DNA of 64,000 nt from Oscillospiraceae bacterium. GTDB taxonomy: Bacteria > Bacillota > Clostridia > Oscillospirales > CAG-272. The DNA is taken from positions 5,141-69,140 of the forward strand of contig SVTS01000002.1 of the NCBI GenBank assembly GCA_015063645.1, written 5' to 3'. The translations under genes and the position numbers were made by a program. The notes under the pieces were generated by a model that saw only the letters and a program-made list of their open reading frames with translations, was not told where the DNA came from and did not search any database. Of the stretch, positions 1 to 10,053 are shown one piece after another. Within the stretch, counting starts at the first letter, position 1. Each line of letters opens with the position of its first letter.

Positions 1-335
1 TCACCGACGCGGTAATGGCACTGTATGACAGAATTGTGGATCCTGCTCTGCTGGTACGGCGCATCAATCTTACCGCGTGCCGGGTGGTGGATGAAAGGGA
101 AGCGCACAGGCACAGCGGCATGGGTGAACAGCTGGATATGTTCACGGATTATGCCGAGGAAGCCCGCAGACAGGAGCAGGAGGATGCCGCTCTGGAGCGG
201 GAAAAGAACATCCAGAAAGCGGTGCTGGAACTGAAAAAGAAATACGGCAGAAACAGCATTCTCAAGGGAATGAATCTGCAGAAAGATGCCACAGCCCGGG
301 AGCGCAACGCGCAGATCGGCGGTCACAAGGCGTGA
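1..335 (+). CDS. Y-family (UmuC/ImpB/UvrX-like) DNA polymerase, C-terminal fragment; 5' end lies outside the window
   Basis: The frame is open from the window edge. The C-terminal tail (...KKKYGRNSILKGMNLQKDATARERNAQIGGHKA) resembles the conserved end of Firmicute UvrX/ImpB-type polymerases as I recall them. It overlaps a YolD-like gene by 4 nt, which is the classical pairing. Confidence 0.5.
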   Translation, partial: TDAVMALYDRIVDPALLVRRINLTACRVVDEREAHRHSGMGEQLDMFTDYAEEARRQEQEDAALEREKNIQKAVLELKKKYGRNSILKGMNLQKDATARERNAQIGGHKA

Positions 336-769
336 GGCGGTATATGGATAACAGAAACTATGACGATATTCTGCATCTTGCGCGCCCCGTATCTCCGAAG
401 CATCCGCCGATGCCCGTTCGGGACCGTGCGGCGCAGTTTTCACCGTTCGCCGCGCTGAGCGGATATGAAGCCGCCGTGCAGGAAAGTGCGCGGCTGACGG
501 AGAGGAAAAACGAGCTGGATGAAGAGACAAAATCCCGACTGAATGAAAAACTGCAGATCCTGCGGGACGCGGCTGCGGAACATCCGGCAGCGGAATTCCT
601 GTATTTTCAGGCGGACGCAAAAAAAGCCGGAGGCACTTATGTGCGCGTCAGCGGACGAGTGAAACAGGTGGATGCCTTTGCCCGTACCGTTTCGCTGGAT
701 GACGGGACGGTCATTCCCATCGAAGATATATCCGGGATCGAATCCGCCCTGTTCCGCGGACTGGAATAG
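332..769 (+). CDS. YolD-like protein (accessory partner of Y-family polymerases)
   Basis: 145 aa. The N-terminal segment RDRAAQFSPFAALSGYE resembles the YolD signature (R-x-R-x-x-KW-x-PF). The start overlaps the polymerase stop (ATGA-type overlap). Confidence 0.55.
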   Translation: MRRYMDNRNYDDILHLARPVSPKHPPMPVRDRAAQFSPFAALSGYEAAVQESARLTERKNELDEETKSRLNEKLQILRDAAAEHPAAEFLYFQADAKKAGGTYVRVSGRVKQVDAFARTVSLDDGTVIPIEDISGIESALFRGLE

Positions 770-811
770 GTGTTGGACGGGGACAATGTTTCCGCAAATG
801 GAAATAAATGT

Positions 812-840
812 TTGATTTGTCACGAAAAATGTGTTATAAT
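812..840 (+). promoter_or_regulatory. sigma-70-type promoter of the metF operon
   Basis: TTGATT (812-817), 17-nt spacer, TG-extended TATAAT (835-840). It sits about 27 nt upstream of the metF ATG. Confidence 0.55.
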
Positions 841-866
841 AGAGATAAGTGGTCGGAGGTTTGATT

Positions 867-1742
867 ATGAAAATTATTGATTTGCTGCATGATGATAAAC
901 TGTCGCTGTCCTTTGAGGTTTTTCCGCCGAAAACGGAGAGCAATTATGACAGCGTCAAACATGCGACGGAGGAGATTGCCAAACTCCATCCTTCCTTTAT
1001 GAGCGTTACATACGGTGCCGGCGGCGGCACAAGCAAATATACCCTTGATATTGCAAAAAATATAAAAGAGCGCTACGGCGTACCCAGTCTGGCGCATCTG
1101 ACCTGTGTTTCCTCCACGCGCGAGACAGTGCATGAACGCATCCGGGATATTCAGTCTGCCGGGATCCGCAATGTTATGGCACTGCGGGGGGATATTCCTG
1201 CCGGTATGGAGAACGAAGACCGCAGTCATTGGGATTATCAGCACGCAGTGGAACTGGTGCGGGAACTGAAAGAATCCGATGCGGATTTCTGCATCGGCGG
1301 CGCCTGCTATCCGGAGATCCATCCCGAGAGCACCAATCAGAAAGAGGATATTTTCTATCTGAAAGAAAAGGTGGAAGCGGGCTGTTCGTTCCTCACCACG
1401 CAGATGTTTTTTGATAACAATCTGCTGTATAATTTCCTCTATAAAATCCGTGAGGCGGGGATCACCGTGCCGATCATCCCCGGCATTATGCCGATCACCA
1501 ACGGCAATCAGGTGGATCGTGCCGTAAAGCTGTCCGGCTCCTTCATGCCTCAGCGGTTCAAATCCCTGGTGGATAAATTCGGAACGACGCCTGCCGCTAT
1601 GAAGCAGGCGGGCATTGCATACGCTACCGATCAGATCATCGATCTGTTTGCCAACGGCATCACCCATGTGCATGTGTATTCCATGAACAAGCCCGACGTG
1701 GCGGCGGCGATCCAGCGGAATCTGTCCGATATTCTGGGATAA
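867..1742 (+). CDS. metF: 5,10-methylenetetrahydrofolate reductase
   Basis: MKIIDLL...LSFEVFPPKT and TYGAGG motifs are typical of MetF. GGAGG lies 8 nt upstream of the ATG at 867, so the ORF-track start at 849 was trimmed. Confidence 0.85.
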   Translation: MKIIDLLHDDKLSLSFEVFPPKTESNYDSVKHATEEIAKLHPSFMSVTYGAGGGTSKYTLDIAKNIKERYGVPSLAHLTCVSSTRETVHERIRDIQSAGIRNVMALRGDIPAGMENEDRSHWDYQHAVELVRELKESDADFCIGGACYPEIHPESTNQKEDIFYLKEKVEAGCSFLTTQMFFDNNLLYNFLYKIREAGITVPIIPGIMPITNGNQVDRAVKLSGSFMPQRFKSLVDKFGTTPAAMKQAGIAYATDQIIDLFANGITHVHVYSMNKPDVAAAIQRNLSDILG

Positions 1743-1743
1743 A

Positions 1744-2361
1744 ATGCATACGGTTTTTGTGCGGAATTATCCCGCTGTGCCGGCGGACAGAAAAGAGATT
1801 CTGCGCTACGCAGGTGCGGGTGACGATGTATCCGGCATAGCGGAATTGCTTGAGCGGTGTCTGGCGGAAGCGTCCGGCAGGGAAGCCGGACGGGTGTGCT
1901 GGTGCGAATTTCCCATTCGGGAAATCGGTGAGAAACTGTCCCTCGGATTTGCGGAAACGGATTCCGCTGCGCTGCGCAAAAATCTCCGGGGATGCGGCAG
2001 TATTATCGTGTTTGCTGCAACGGTCGGAATGGCATTTGATCGGCTGATCGCCCGATACGCGGCAATCTCTCCCGCAAAGGCACTGCTGTTCCAGGCGATC
2101 GGTGCGGAACGGATCGAGAGTCTGTGCGATGCATTCTGCCGGGATATCGCCGCAGAGAAAGCGGCGGAGGGGAGAACGCTTCGTCCGCGCTTCAGCCCCG
2201 GTTACGGGGATCTTCCTCTGCAGATGCAGAGAGACATTTTTGCGGTACTGGACTGTCCGCGGAAAATCGGGCTTTCGCTGAACGGGAGCCTGCTGATGTC
2301 ACCGTCCAAATCGGTGACGGCTATTATCGGAATCGCCGGAGATACTCCGGCTGAGGAGTAA
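1744..2361 (+). CDS. Stand-alone methionine synthase activation (AdoMet-binding) domain protein
   Basis: 205 aa with an RFSPGYGDLPL motif typical of the MetH reactivation domain. It lies immediately upstream of a MetH that lacks this domain. Confidence 0.7.
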   Translation: MHTVFVRNYPAVPADRKEILRYAGAGDDVSGIAELLERCLAEASGREAGRVCWCEFPIREIGEKLSLGFAETDSAALRKNLRGCGSIIVFAATVGMAFDRLIARYAAISPAKALLFQAIGAERIESLCDAFCRDIAAEKAAEGRTLRPRFSPGYGDLPLQMQRDIFAVLDCPRKIGLSLNGSLLMSPSKSVTAIIGIAGDTPAEE

Positions 2362-2364
2362 CAA

Positions 2365-4779
2365 ATGAAAATCAATGAGTTTTTACAGGAGCATCTGCTG
2401 TATCTGGACGGCGGCATGGGAACGCTGCTGCAGGCACAGGGACTCGGCCCCGGTGAGCTGCCCGAGAGGTGGAATCTGAGCCGTCCGGAGGTCATCACGG
2501 AGATCCACCGTGCCTACTACGATGCAGGCAGTCATATCGTGAATACCAACACTTTCGGAGCGAACATTCTGAAGTTCACCCCGGAGGAACTGGATGAAAT
2601 CATCCGCGCGGCGGTGGAAAATGCCCGTGAGGCGATCCGCACAAGCTCCGGCAGTCAGCCGAAGTGGGTCGCGCTGGATATCGGTCCCACGGGACGGATG
2701 CTCAAACCGTACGGCGATTTTGATTTTGAAGATGCCGTGGCATGCTTTGCCGAAACAGTGAAGCTGGGCGTGAAATACGGTGCCGATCTGATCATGATCG
2801 AGACGATGAACGACAGCTATGAGACCAAAGCGGCTCTTCTGGCGGCAAAAGAGAACAGTGATCTGCCCGTGTTCGTGTCCAACGCCTACGGCGAGGACGG
2901 CAAACTGATGACAGGCGCATCTCCTGCGGCAATGGTCGCTATGCTGGAGGGTATGGGAGCCGATGCGGTCGGCGTGAACTGCTCGCTCGGTCCGAAAGCC
3001 CTTGCCGGCGTGGTGGAGGAATATCTGGCATACGCCTCCGTGCCGGTGATTCTCAAACCCAATGCGGGTCTGCCCCGGGTGGAAAACGGCAGAACGGTGT
3101 ACGACGTTCCGCCGGAGGAATTTGCCGCGGATGTGTCGGAACTGATCCGCCGCGGTGTGCGTATCGCGGGCGGCTGCTGCGGCACCACGCCTGCTTATAT
3201 TGCCGCGCTGACGGCGGCATCTGCCGGTATCGCACCTGTGGAAATTGTACCGAAAAATATCACCTGTGTTTCTTCTTATACGCATGCAGTGATTTTTGGT
3301 GATGCTCCCATCCTGATCGGTGAGCGGATCAATCCTACGGGCAAAAAACGCTTCAAAGAAGCGCTTAGAGCGCATGATATGGAGTATATCCTGAACGAGG
3401 GTGTTGCGCAGGAGGAAAAGGGCGTTCACATTCTGGATGTGAACGTGGGACTTCCCGAAATCGACGAGGTGGAAATGCTGCGCTCCGCGGTATGTGAGCT
3501 GCAGGCGATCATCAATCTGCCTCTGCAGATTGATACGTCCGATCCCGTCGCCATGGAAGCGGCACTCCGCCGCTACAACGGCAAGGCGATGATCAATTCC
3601 GTCAGCGGCAAACAGGAGAGCATGGATGTGATTTTCCCGCTGGCGAAAAAATACGGCGGTCTGATCGTCGCGCTGACGCTGGATGAAAACGGCATCCCCG
3701 CCGATGCGGAGGGAAGAGCGGCAATCGCCCGGCGGATCTTAGCGGAAGCGGAAAAATACGGCATTGCGAAAAAGGATATAATCTTTGATCCGCTGGCGAT
3801 GACTATCAGCGCAGATAACAGCGCCGCAAAGGAAACCATGCGGGCTGTCCGCATGATCCGGCAGGAACTGGGCTGTCATACCTCCCTCGGTGTGTCCAAT
3901 GTGTCCTTTGGTCTGCCTGCAAGAGATATGATCAACAGCACGTTTTTTGCGCTGACGCTTGGCGGCGGACTGTCCGCCGCGATCATGAATCCCTATTCCG
4001 CCGAAATGATGAAAACGTATCACACCTACTGTGCGCTGGCGGGACTGGATGAAAACTGCGCCGGCTATATTGCCTTTGCTGATACTCTGCCTCAGCCGGC
4101 AGCACCGACCGCACCGGCAGCGGAGAATAAAGCATCCGCAAAATCGGAGGATTTTTCATCCGCACTGCAGCGGACGATAATAAAAGGTCTGCGGGATCAG
4201 GCAGGCGAGGCTGCCGCACAGATGCTGGAGAATAAAGACGCTTTGCAGATCGTGCAGGAGGAGATCATTCCCGCGCTGAATACCGTGGGCGAGGGATTTG
4301 AGAAAAAGACGGTGTATCTGCCTCAGCTGCTGATGAGTGCCGAGGCGGCGAAAGCGGCGTTTGAAGTGATCAAATCCCGCACGGCAAGCGGAAAAACCGC
4401 CGATAAATGCGCGTTTGTTATTGCCACCGTCAAGGGCGATATCCACGATATCGGCAAGAATATCGTGAAACTGATTCTGGAGAATTACGGCTTTGCCGTA
4501 ACCGATCTGGGACGGGATGTGCCGCCGGAGAGGGTTGTGGAGGAGGTTGTCCGCCTGCATGCTCCCATCGCCGGGCTCAGCGCCCTGATGACCACCACCG
4601 TCCCTGCGATGGAGGAGACGATACAGCTTCTGCGCCGGGATGCACCATGGTGCCGGATCGTTGTGGGCGGCGCCGTACTGACGAAGGAATACGCTGACGC
4701 CATCGGCGCGGATAAATACGCCAGGGATGCGATGGAAGCGGTCCGCTATGCGGAGGAAATTGACCGCGGTCTGCAGTAA
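2365..4779 (+). CDS. metH: Cobalamin-dependent methionine synthase (Hcy-binding, pterin-binding, B12-cap and B12-binding modules; no activation domain)
   Basis: 804 aa. Homocysteine S-methyltransferase N-terminus (GGMGT, GGCCGTTP), a pterin-binding middle region, and a B12-binding DxHxxG motif (GDIHDIGKNIV). Confidence 0.9.
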   Translation: MKINEFLQEHLLYLDGGMGTLLQAQGLGPGELPERWNLSRPEVITEIHRAYYDAGSHIVNTNTFGANILKFTPEELDEIIRAAVENAREAIRTSSGSQPKWVALDIGPTGRMLKPYGDFDFEDAVACFAETVKLGVKYGADLIMIETMNDSYETKAALLAAKENSDLPVFVSNAYGEDGKLMTGASPAAMVAMLEGMGADAVGVNCSLGPKALAGVVEEYLAYASVPVILKPNAGLPRVENGRTVYDVPPEEFAADVSELIRRGVRIAGGCCGTTPAYIAALTAASAGIAPVEIVPKNITCVSSYTHAVIFGDAPILIGERINPTGKKRFKEALRAHDMEYILNEGVAQEEKGVHILDVNVGLPEIDEVEMLRSAVCELQAIINLPLQIDTSDPVAMEAALRRYNGKAMINSVSGKQESMDVIFPLAKKYGGLIVALTLDENGIPADAEGRAAIARRILAEAEKYGIAKKDIIFDPLAMTISADNSAAKETMRAVRMIRQELGCHTSLGVSNVSFGLPARDMINSTFFALTLGGGLSAAIMNPYSAEMMKTYHTYCALAGLDENCAGYIAFADTLPQPAAPTAPAAENKASAKSEDFSSALQRTIIKGLRDQAGEAAAQMLENKDALQIVQEEIIPALNTVGEGFEKKTVYLPQLLMSAEAAKAAFEVIKSRTASGKTADKCAFVIATVKGDIHDIGKNIVKLILENYGFAVTDLGRDVPPERVVEEVVRLHAPIAGLSALMTTTVPAMEETIQLLRRDAPWCRIVVGGAVLTKEYADAIGADKYARDAMEAVRYAEEIDRGLQ

Positions 4780-4803
4780 AACAGGATAAAAGGAGCTGTA
4801 AAC

Positions 4804-5955
4804 ATGATTCTGATCAGAAACGGATACGTAAAGACGATGGCGGGCGCCGATCTGGAAAACGGATGCGTGCTCATCGGAGATGACGGGAAAATCGTGCAGG
4901 TCGGCGAGGCGATCGAAGCACCAGCAGGTGCACAGATCATCGATGCCGGCGGCAGACTGGTTACCCCGGGATGCGTGGAAGCGCACTGCCACATCGGCCT
5001 GGACAACGAAGCGGTCGGTGTGGAAGGTCACGACTACAACGAGACGTCCGATCCGCTGACGCCGCATATGCGTGCGATCGATGCGATCTATCCGCAGGAT
5101 GAAGCATTTGAGAACGCTATTAAGAACGGCGTAACCTCCGCCTGCACAGGACCCGGCAGCGCGAACGTTGTAGGCGGAACATTCGCCGCCATCAAGCTGA
5201 CCGGCAACCGCGTGGAAAAGATGCTGATCAAAGAAGCCGTCGCCATGAAGTGCGCATTCGGTGAAAATCCCAAGAGAGTGTACAGCGGAAAGGGCAAGAG
5301 CCCTGTCACCCGCATGGGCAATGCGGCTGTGCTGAGAGAGCTTCTTTTCAAAACGCGCCGCTATCTGCAGGATAAAGAAGATGGTAAAAATCCCGGCTTT
5401 GATATGAAACTGGAGGCGATGATTCCCGTGATCAAACGGGAACTTCCGCTGAAAGCACATGTGCACCGTGCGGACGATATCTTTACAGCGATCCGCATCG
5501 CCAGGGAATTCGATCTGAAGCTGACGCTGGATCACTGCACCGACGGTGCTCTGATCGCGGATGATCTGGCACAGGAGGGATATCCTGTATTCGTCGGTCC
5601 CTCCTTCGGCAAGAAATCCAAGATCGAACTGCTGCACAAGAGCTTTACCACACCTGCCGTACTGCATAAAGCCGGTGTGCCCATCAGCATCATCACCGAT
5701 GCGCCTGTGACTCCGCTGCAGTATCTGCCCATGTGCGCCGGTCTGGCGGCATCTTCCGGTCTGGATGAGGAGACCGCATGGCGTGCCATCACCATCAATC
5801 CTGCGACCCAGACGGGGATCGGCGACCGTGTCGGCAGTCTGGAGAGCGGTAAGGATGCGGACGTGGTCATCTGGACTGCCAATCCGATCACTGCCGTTGG
5901 GGCAGACGCGTACATGACCATCGTGGACGGAAAAATCGTATACGAGAATACCTGA
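4804..5955 (+). CDS. Amidohydrolase-superfamily metallohydrolase
   Basis: 383 aa. HxH metal motif (EAHCHIG) and a C-terminal GSLExGKDADVV motif typical of amidohydrolases. Confidence 0.75.
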   Translation: MILIRNGYVKTMAGADLENGCVLIGDDGKIVQVGEAIEAPAGAQIIDAGGRLVTPGCVEAHCHIGLDNEAVGVEGHDYNETSDPLTPHMRAIDAIYPQDEAFENAIKNGVTSACTGPGSANVVGGTFAAIKLTGNRVEKMLIKEAVAMKCAFGENPKRVYSGKGKSPVTRMGNAAVLRELLFKTRRYLQDKEDGKNPGFDMKLEAMIPVIKRELPLKAHVHRADDIFTAIRIAREFDLKLTLDHCTDGALIADDLAQEGYPVFVGPSFGKKSKIELLHKSFTTPAVLHKAGVPISIITDAPVTPLQYLPMCAGLAASSGLDEETAWRAITINPATQTGIGDRVGSLESGKDADVVIWTANPITAVGADAYMTIVDGKIVYENT

Positions 5956-6006
5956 GCGAATTTTGCCGCACTTGTTGCAATGCGGCGCAAAATGTGCTAT
6001 GATAAT

Positions 6007-6043
6007 ATGCGGAGGCAGAATCTGCCTCCGCATCAGTTTTTTT
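6007..6043 (+). terminator. Rho-independent terminator after the amidohydrolase gene
   Basis: Perfect 12-bp stem ATGCGGAGGCAG/CTGCCTCCGCAT with a 3-nt loop, followed by a run of seven T. Confidence 0.8.
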
Positions 6044-6058
6044 GAAAGGATATCTGTT

Positions 6059-6862
6059 ATGAAAAATCCGATTTCTCTCGATACGCTCTGCGCTGCGCTG
6101 GCGTATACCATTGGTATTGACGCCCCTGCACAGGCGGCTCCCGCCAATGAGGAGCTCTGCGCATATGTGGACAAAATGTTTGAAGGACGCAAAGCCGACC
6201 GTATCTTCATGTACAATCCTGACGCCATCGCGCAGTGGATCTACGAAAAATATCCGAATCTTCTCCATGAGCCCATCGAAAAAACCGAGCTGGCTCTGCC
6301 GTTCTGCACGGTAATGCCCTCTGTAACCCCCGTTTGCTTCGGTACGATGTACACCGGCGCTCAGCCCTGCGTGCACGGTATCCAGAAGTACGAAAAGCCC
6401 GTTATCAAAATCGATACCCTCTTTGACGCTCTGATCCGCGCAGGCAAAAAGCCGGCGATCGTATCCTACGGCAATGCAAGCCTGTCCAAAATTTTCCTCG
6501 AGCGGGAAATGGATTATTATATCTTCCCCACACTGGCGGAAGCGAATGCAAAAGCGGCTCAGCTGATTCTGGAGGATAAACACGATTTCATCCTCGTTTA
6601 TAACGGAAACTACGATTCCGCAATGCACAAGAACGGTCCCGAAGGTATTGTCTCTCTGGCAGAGCTCCGTGCCAATGCCGAAGCGTTTGCCATGTTTGAC
6701 TGCATGATTCAGGAGCACTGGGCAGCTCACAATACACTGGTCGGCTTTGCCATGGACCACGGCTGTCATGAGATCGACGGTGAGAACGGTTCCCACGGCC
6801 TGGATATGGACGAGGATCTGAACATCACTCACCTGTACAAAGCATATCCCGCAAAGAAATAA
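6059..6862 (+). CDS. Alkaline-phosphatase-superfamily enzyme (nucleotide pyrophosphatase/phosphodiesterase-like)
   Basis: 267 aa starting at MKNPISL. The ORF-track 5' extension contains the upstream terminator and was rejected. The motifs PSVTPVCFGTMYTG (nucleophile Thr region) and DHGCHE suggest the family. Confidence 0.45.
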   Translation: MKNPISLDTLCAALAYTIGIDAPAQAAPANEELCAYVDKMFEGRKADRIFMYNPDAIAQWIYEKYPNLLHEPIEKTELALPFCTVMPSVTPVCFGTMYTGAQPCVHGIQKYEKPVIKIDTLFDALIRAGKKPAIVSYGNASLSKIFLEREMDYYIFPTLAEANAKAAQLILEDKHDFILVYNGNYDSAMHKNGPEGIVSLAELRANAEAFAMFDCMIQEHWAAHNTLVGFAMDHGCHEIDGENGSHGLDMDEDLNITHLYKAYPAKK

Positions 6863-6866
6863 GCAC

Positions 6867-7775
6867 ATGACCATTGTATTTGAACAGGTATTTACGCTGT
6901 TTCTCTTTGCGGCGGTGGGATATACGCTGAGCCGATGCGGGGTTGTCAGCACGGCGCATTCCAAGATTCTGTCCTCCCTGCTCGTGTATGTCTTCCTGCC
7001 CTGCAATATTTTCCGCACCTTTGCCGCCAACTGCACAGTGGCATATCTGGGTGCCAATTACCGCACGGTGCTGGCGGCGGTCGGTGTGCTGATCGTTATG
7101 GCAGTGGTGATGGAGTTCGTCTCCCGTTTGTTTTCCCGTGAGGATTATGAGCGCAAGGTATATCGCTATTCGCTGATTATTGCCAATTATGGCTATATGG
7201 GTTATGCTCTGGCTGAGAGCCTGCTTGGCTCGGCGGGACTGATGAACGTGATGATGTTCGCCATGCCGTTGTCCGTGTATACCTATACGGTGGGATTCTG
7301 TTCGCTGACCAAGCGGGACTTCTCCCTGAAGAAGCTGCTCAATCCCGTTATGCTTGCCATGGTGCTTGGAATTGCAGTGGGGCTGATCGGTGTTCCCGTT
7401 CCCTCCGTTATCGGCGGAGTGATGAGCAAAGCCAGCGGATGTATGGCACCTGTAAGCATGCTGCTGGCGGGTATTACGATTTCCGAATTCCGCCTGCGTG
7501 ATCTGCTTCGCGAACCGCGGACATATTTTCTTGTCGCTATGCGGCTGCTTGTGATTCCCCTCGCGTTCGGCGGAGTGCTGTCTCTGCTTGGACGGCGTGA
7601 GATTGTGGAGGCGGCAGTGGTACTGCTGGCGATGCCCTGCGGGCTGAATACGATCGTATTCCCGAAAATCGTAGGCGAAAAATGTGATATCGGTGCCGGA
7701 CTGGCGTTTGTTTCCAATATTGCCGCCTGTATAACGATTCCTCTGGTGTTCGCGCTGTTTGAAATCGGTGGGTAA
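6867..7775 (+). CDS. AEC (auxin efflux carrier) family transporter
   Basis: 302 aa polytopic membrane protein with the two-halves architecture and sequence style typical of AEC permeases. Confidence 0.7.
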   Translation: MTIVFEQVFTLFLFAAVGYTLSRCGVVSTAHSKILSSLLVYVFLPCNIFRTFAANCTVAYLGANYRTVLAAVGVLIVMAVVMEFVSRLFSREDYERKVYRYSLIIANYGYMGYALAESLLGSAGLMNVMMFAMPLSVYTYTVGFCSLTKRDFSLKKLLNPVMLAMVLGIAVGLIGVPVPSVIGGVMSKASGCMAPVSMLLAGITISEFRLRDLLREPRTYFLVAMRLLVIPLAFGGVLSLLGRREIVEAAVVLLAMPCGLNTIVFPKIVGEKCDIGAGLAFVSNIAACITIPLVFALFEIGG

Positions 7776-7779
7776 AAAC

Positions 7780-7818
7780 AGGAGAGACACGATGTGTCTC
7801 TCCTTCCTTTTGCTTTTT
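7780..7818 (+). terminator. Rho-independent terminator after the AEC transporter gene
   Basis: AGGAGAGACAC-GAT-GTGTCTCTCCT hairpin followed by a T-rich tract. Confidence 0.75.
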
Positions 7819-7880
7819 GCGGTGATGAACAATCCGGATTTGATCGGAGAAATACTCGGGATGACGATCGTATAACTCTC

Positions 7881-7909
7881 TTGACTTCCACGGGAAAATC
7901 GTTTATAAT
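7881..7909 (+). promoter_or_regulatory. sigma-70-type promoter
   Basis: TTGACT, 17-nt spacer, TATAAT. It sits about 35 nt upstream of the ATG at 7945. Confidence 0.6.
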
Positions 7910-7944
7910 GTAGTCAACATATTCCTGCTTTACGGGAGGTTATT

Positions 7945-10050
7945 ATGAAAATCAAAAATGAAATCTTTGAGATTCGCGGCGCACCTCTGGAAGGGTTGAA
8001 TCCCCTGCCGAAATTCCGCCGCCGCAAACCCGATATGCATAAGACCAGTGACCGTTTCCCTGCATATCTGAAAGAGGATCTGGGAACGTATACAAAAGTT
8101 CTGCCGTATCTGATGCAGGATCGGTATTCCCGCAGACGGGATCTTCTGAAACTGAAATCCTTTGTGCTGGAAAACGAATATCTCCGGGTGCGCTTCCTGC
8201 CCGAATACGGCGGAAGACTGTACTCCCTTTTCGATAAAGTCCACGGGGAAGAGCTGCTGTTTGCCAATCCGGTTATCCAGCCGGGTAATCTGGCGATCCG
8301 CAACGCGTGGCTTTCCGGCGGTATTGAATGGAATATCGGTAATTTCGGTCATACCGTTACGACCTGTGATAACGTGTTTGCCGCCGTTCTGCAGGACGGC
8401 GAGGGAAATGATTTTCTGCGCATCTATGAATTTGAGCGCCTGAAGAGTATTTTCTGGCAGGTGGATTTCCATCTTCCGGACAACTCTCCCTATCTGCAGG
8501 TGCATGTGCGCATGGTCAACCTCTTCTCTGAGGATACCACTACTTACTGGTGGAGCAACGTGGCTGTTCCCGAAGACGGACATACCCGTGTTCTCTCCTC
8601 CGGCAAGCAGGTGATTTCCTTTACCGATAAGGGGTGCGATTTTGAGCGCCTGCCTTATATCGATGCCATGCCCGGGCAGGATATCACCTATCCCCGCAAC
8701 GCTACCCGCTCTTTTGACTATTTCATTCAGGAAGAGGATCCGAATGCCAGCACGTGGGAAGCGGCGGCTTATAAGAACGGTCTTGTGTTCTATGAGCGCT
8801 CCACTGCGCCGCTGTATTATAAGAAACTCTTCTGCTGGGGCAATCATCATGCCGGCAAGCACTGGCAAGAGTATCTCTCTGACGGCGAGGGAACGGGGTA
8901 TTATGCCGAGCTGCAGGCGGGCATCGCGCCGTCTCAGCTCCACGATAAAAAACTGCCCGCAAATAGCAAATATGAATGGACACAGTGTTTCGGCGGCGTA
9001 AAACTGGAGGCAGAACGGCTGTATGACGAAAATTTCGATGCCGCCTGCGATTATTTTGACGGGAATCTGAACAGCTTTCTCACCGCAGAGAAGATTGCCG
9101 CGCTGAATGATAAGCTGACCGAACTGGCGGATATGCCTGTGACTCCTGCCGATATTCTCCACAACGGTTCCGGATTCGGCGCACTGGAAGCGATCCGCAT
9201 GAAGATGGATGGAGAAGGCGAGCCGCCGGCATCCATGTGCTTCCCCGAGAGCACGATCGGTAAGGCGGAGCAGCGCTGGCTGCATCTGCTCAAAGATGGC
9301 TGTCTGGCACAGGAAGATGTGCGCGCCATTCCCGATTCCTATATGATCAGCGGAAAGTGGAAAAAGCATCTGGAAAACGCTCTTCTCGGCGAAAAGAAGA
9401 ACTGGGTCAGCTTGCTGCACTACGGCGTGATGGCGTATGAGATCGGCGATCACACCTGCGTGGCGAATAAGGTGTATGATGAGGCGAAGGATGCGGAGCA
9501 GATCAAAGCAGCCCGGAAAGCATGGCAGGAATCTGCCGCGCTGGCACCCAATGTCTGGGCATACCGTAATCTGGCTGTGCTGGAAAATCAGGCAGGCGAT
9601 GGGGATGCGGCAGAGAAATATTATGATCTCGCAGTCGGGCTGGACGGTGCGTATGACGATTACGCCCTTGTGTCCGAATACATGACCTTCCTGCTCAAGC
9701 GGCGAGAATACGCAAAAATCTGGCAGATTTTTGAGACACTGCCCGACAACTGCCGCTGTGTGGACCGTATCCGCATTACCGCGGCGGCCGCCGCTGTGAA
9801 GCTGGATCAGCTGGCATATCTGGAGCAGTTCTTCTCCGAAGTACATCACGATATTCAGGAGGGCGAGAATTCTCTGACGGATATCTGGTTTGAATACTGC
9901 GCCCGCCGTATGGCGAAGGAACGCGGCATCACGGATCTGACGGAAGAAGTGATGCAGCAGCTGATGGACGAGGCGTGGGATACCTGCCCGCCGGATCCCT
10001 CCATCGATTTCCGTATGTCCTTTGATAAAAAGATCAAGTATCGCGTATAA
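7945..10050 (+). CDS. Large cytoplasmic protein with a DUF5107-like N-terminal domain and C-terminal TPR-like repeats
   Basis: 701 aa with no signal peptide. The N-terminal beta-rich region resembles DUF5107 proteins as I recall them. The C-terminus is helical-repeat-like (AYRNLAVLENQAGDGDAAEKYYDLAV...). Confidence 0.45.
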   Translation: MKIKNEIFEIRGAPLEGLNPLPKFRRRKPDMHKTSDRFPAYLKEDLGTYTKVLPYLMQDRYSRRRDLLKLKSFVLENEYLRVRFLPEYGGRLYSLFDKVHGEELLFANPVIQPGNLAIRNAWLSGGIEWNIGNFGHTVTTCDNVFAAVLQDGEGNDFLRIYEFERLKSIFWQVDFHLPDNSPYLQVHVRMVNLFSEDTTTYWWSNVAVPEDGHTRVLSSGKQVISFTDKGCDFERLPYIDAMPGQDITYPRNATRSFDYFIQEEDPNASTWEAAAYKNGLVFYERSTAPLYYKKLFCWGNHHAGKHWQEYLSDGEGTGYYAELQAGIAPSQLHDKKLPANSKYEWTQCFGGVKLEAERLYDENFDAACDYFDGNLNSFLTAEKIAALNDKLTELADMPVTPADILHNGSGFGALEAIRMKMDGEGEPPASMCFPESTIGKAEQRWLHLLKDGCLAQEDVRAIPDSYMISGKWKKHLENALLGEKKNWVSLLHYGVMAYEIGDHTCVANKVYDEAKDAEQIKAARKAWQESAALAPNVWAYRNLAVLENQAGDGDAAEKYYDLAVGLDGAYDDYALVSEYMTFLLKRREYAKIWQIFETLPDNCRCVDRIRITAAAAAVKLDQLAYLEQFFSEVHHDIQEGENSLTDIWFEYCARRMAKERGITDLTEEVMQQLMDEAWDTCPPDPSIDFRMSFDKKIKYRV

Positions 10051-10053
10051 TCA

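Noticed and set aside
770-866. A SAM-I, cobalamin or T-box leader upstream of metF/metH.
   Set aside because: The intergenic region is under 100 nt, and a good promoter sits about 27 nt from the start codon. No conserved riboswitch core sequences are visible.
4156-6228. A 690-aa minus-strand ORF. Similar long antisense ORFs occur at 7930-9849, 10022-11587, 18034-19347, 38564-39898, 55523-56662, 59071-60408 and 60508-61776.
   Set aside because: Every one overlaps, on the opposite strand, a gene with clear conserved motifs (metH/amidohydrolase, DUF5107-like, MBL/corA, nitroreductase fusion, SLH protein, glyQS, Fe-ADH, CNNM). All show shadow-frame composition. They are pervasive antisense open frames caused by codon bias, not genes.
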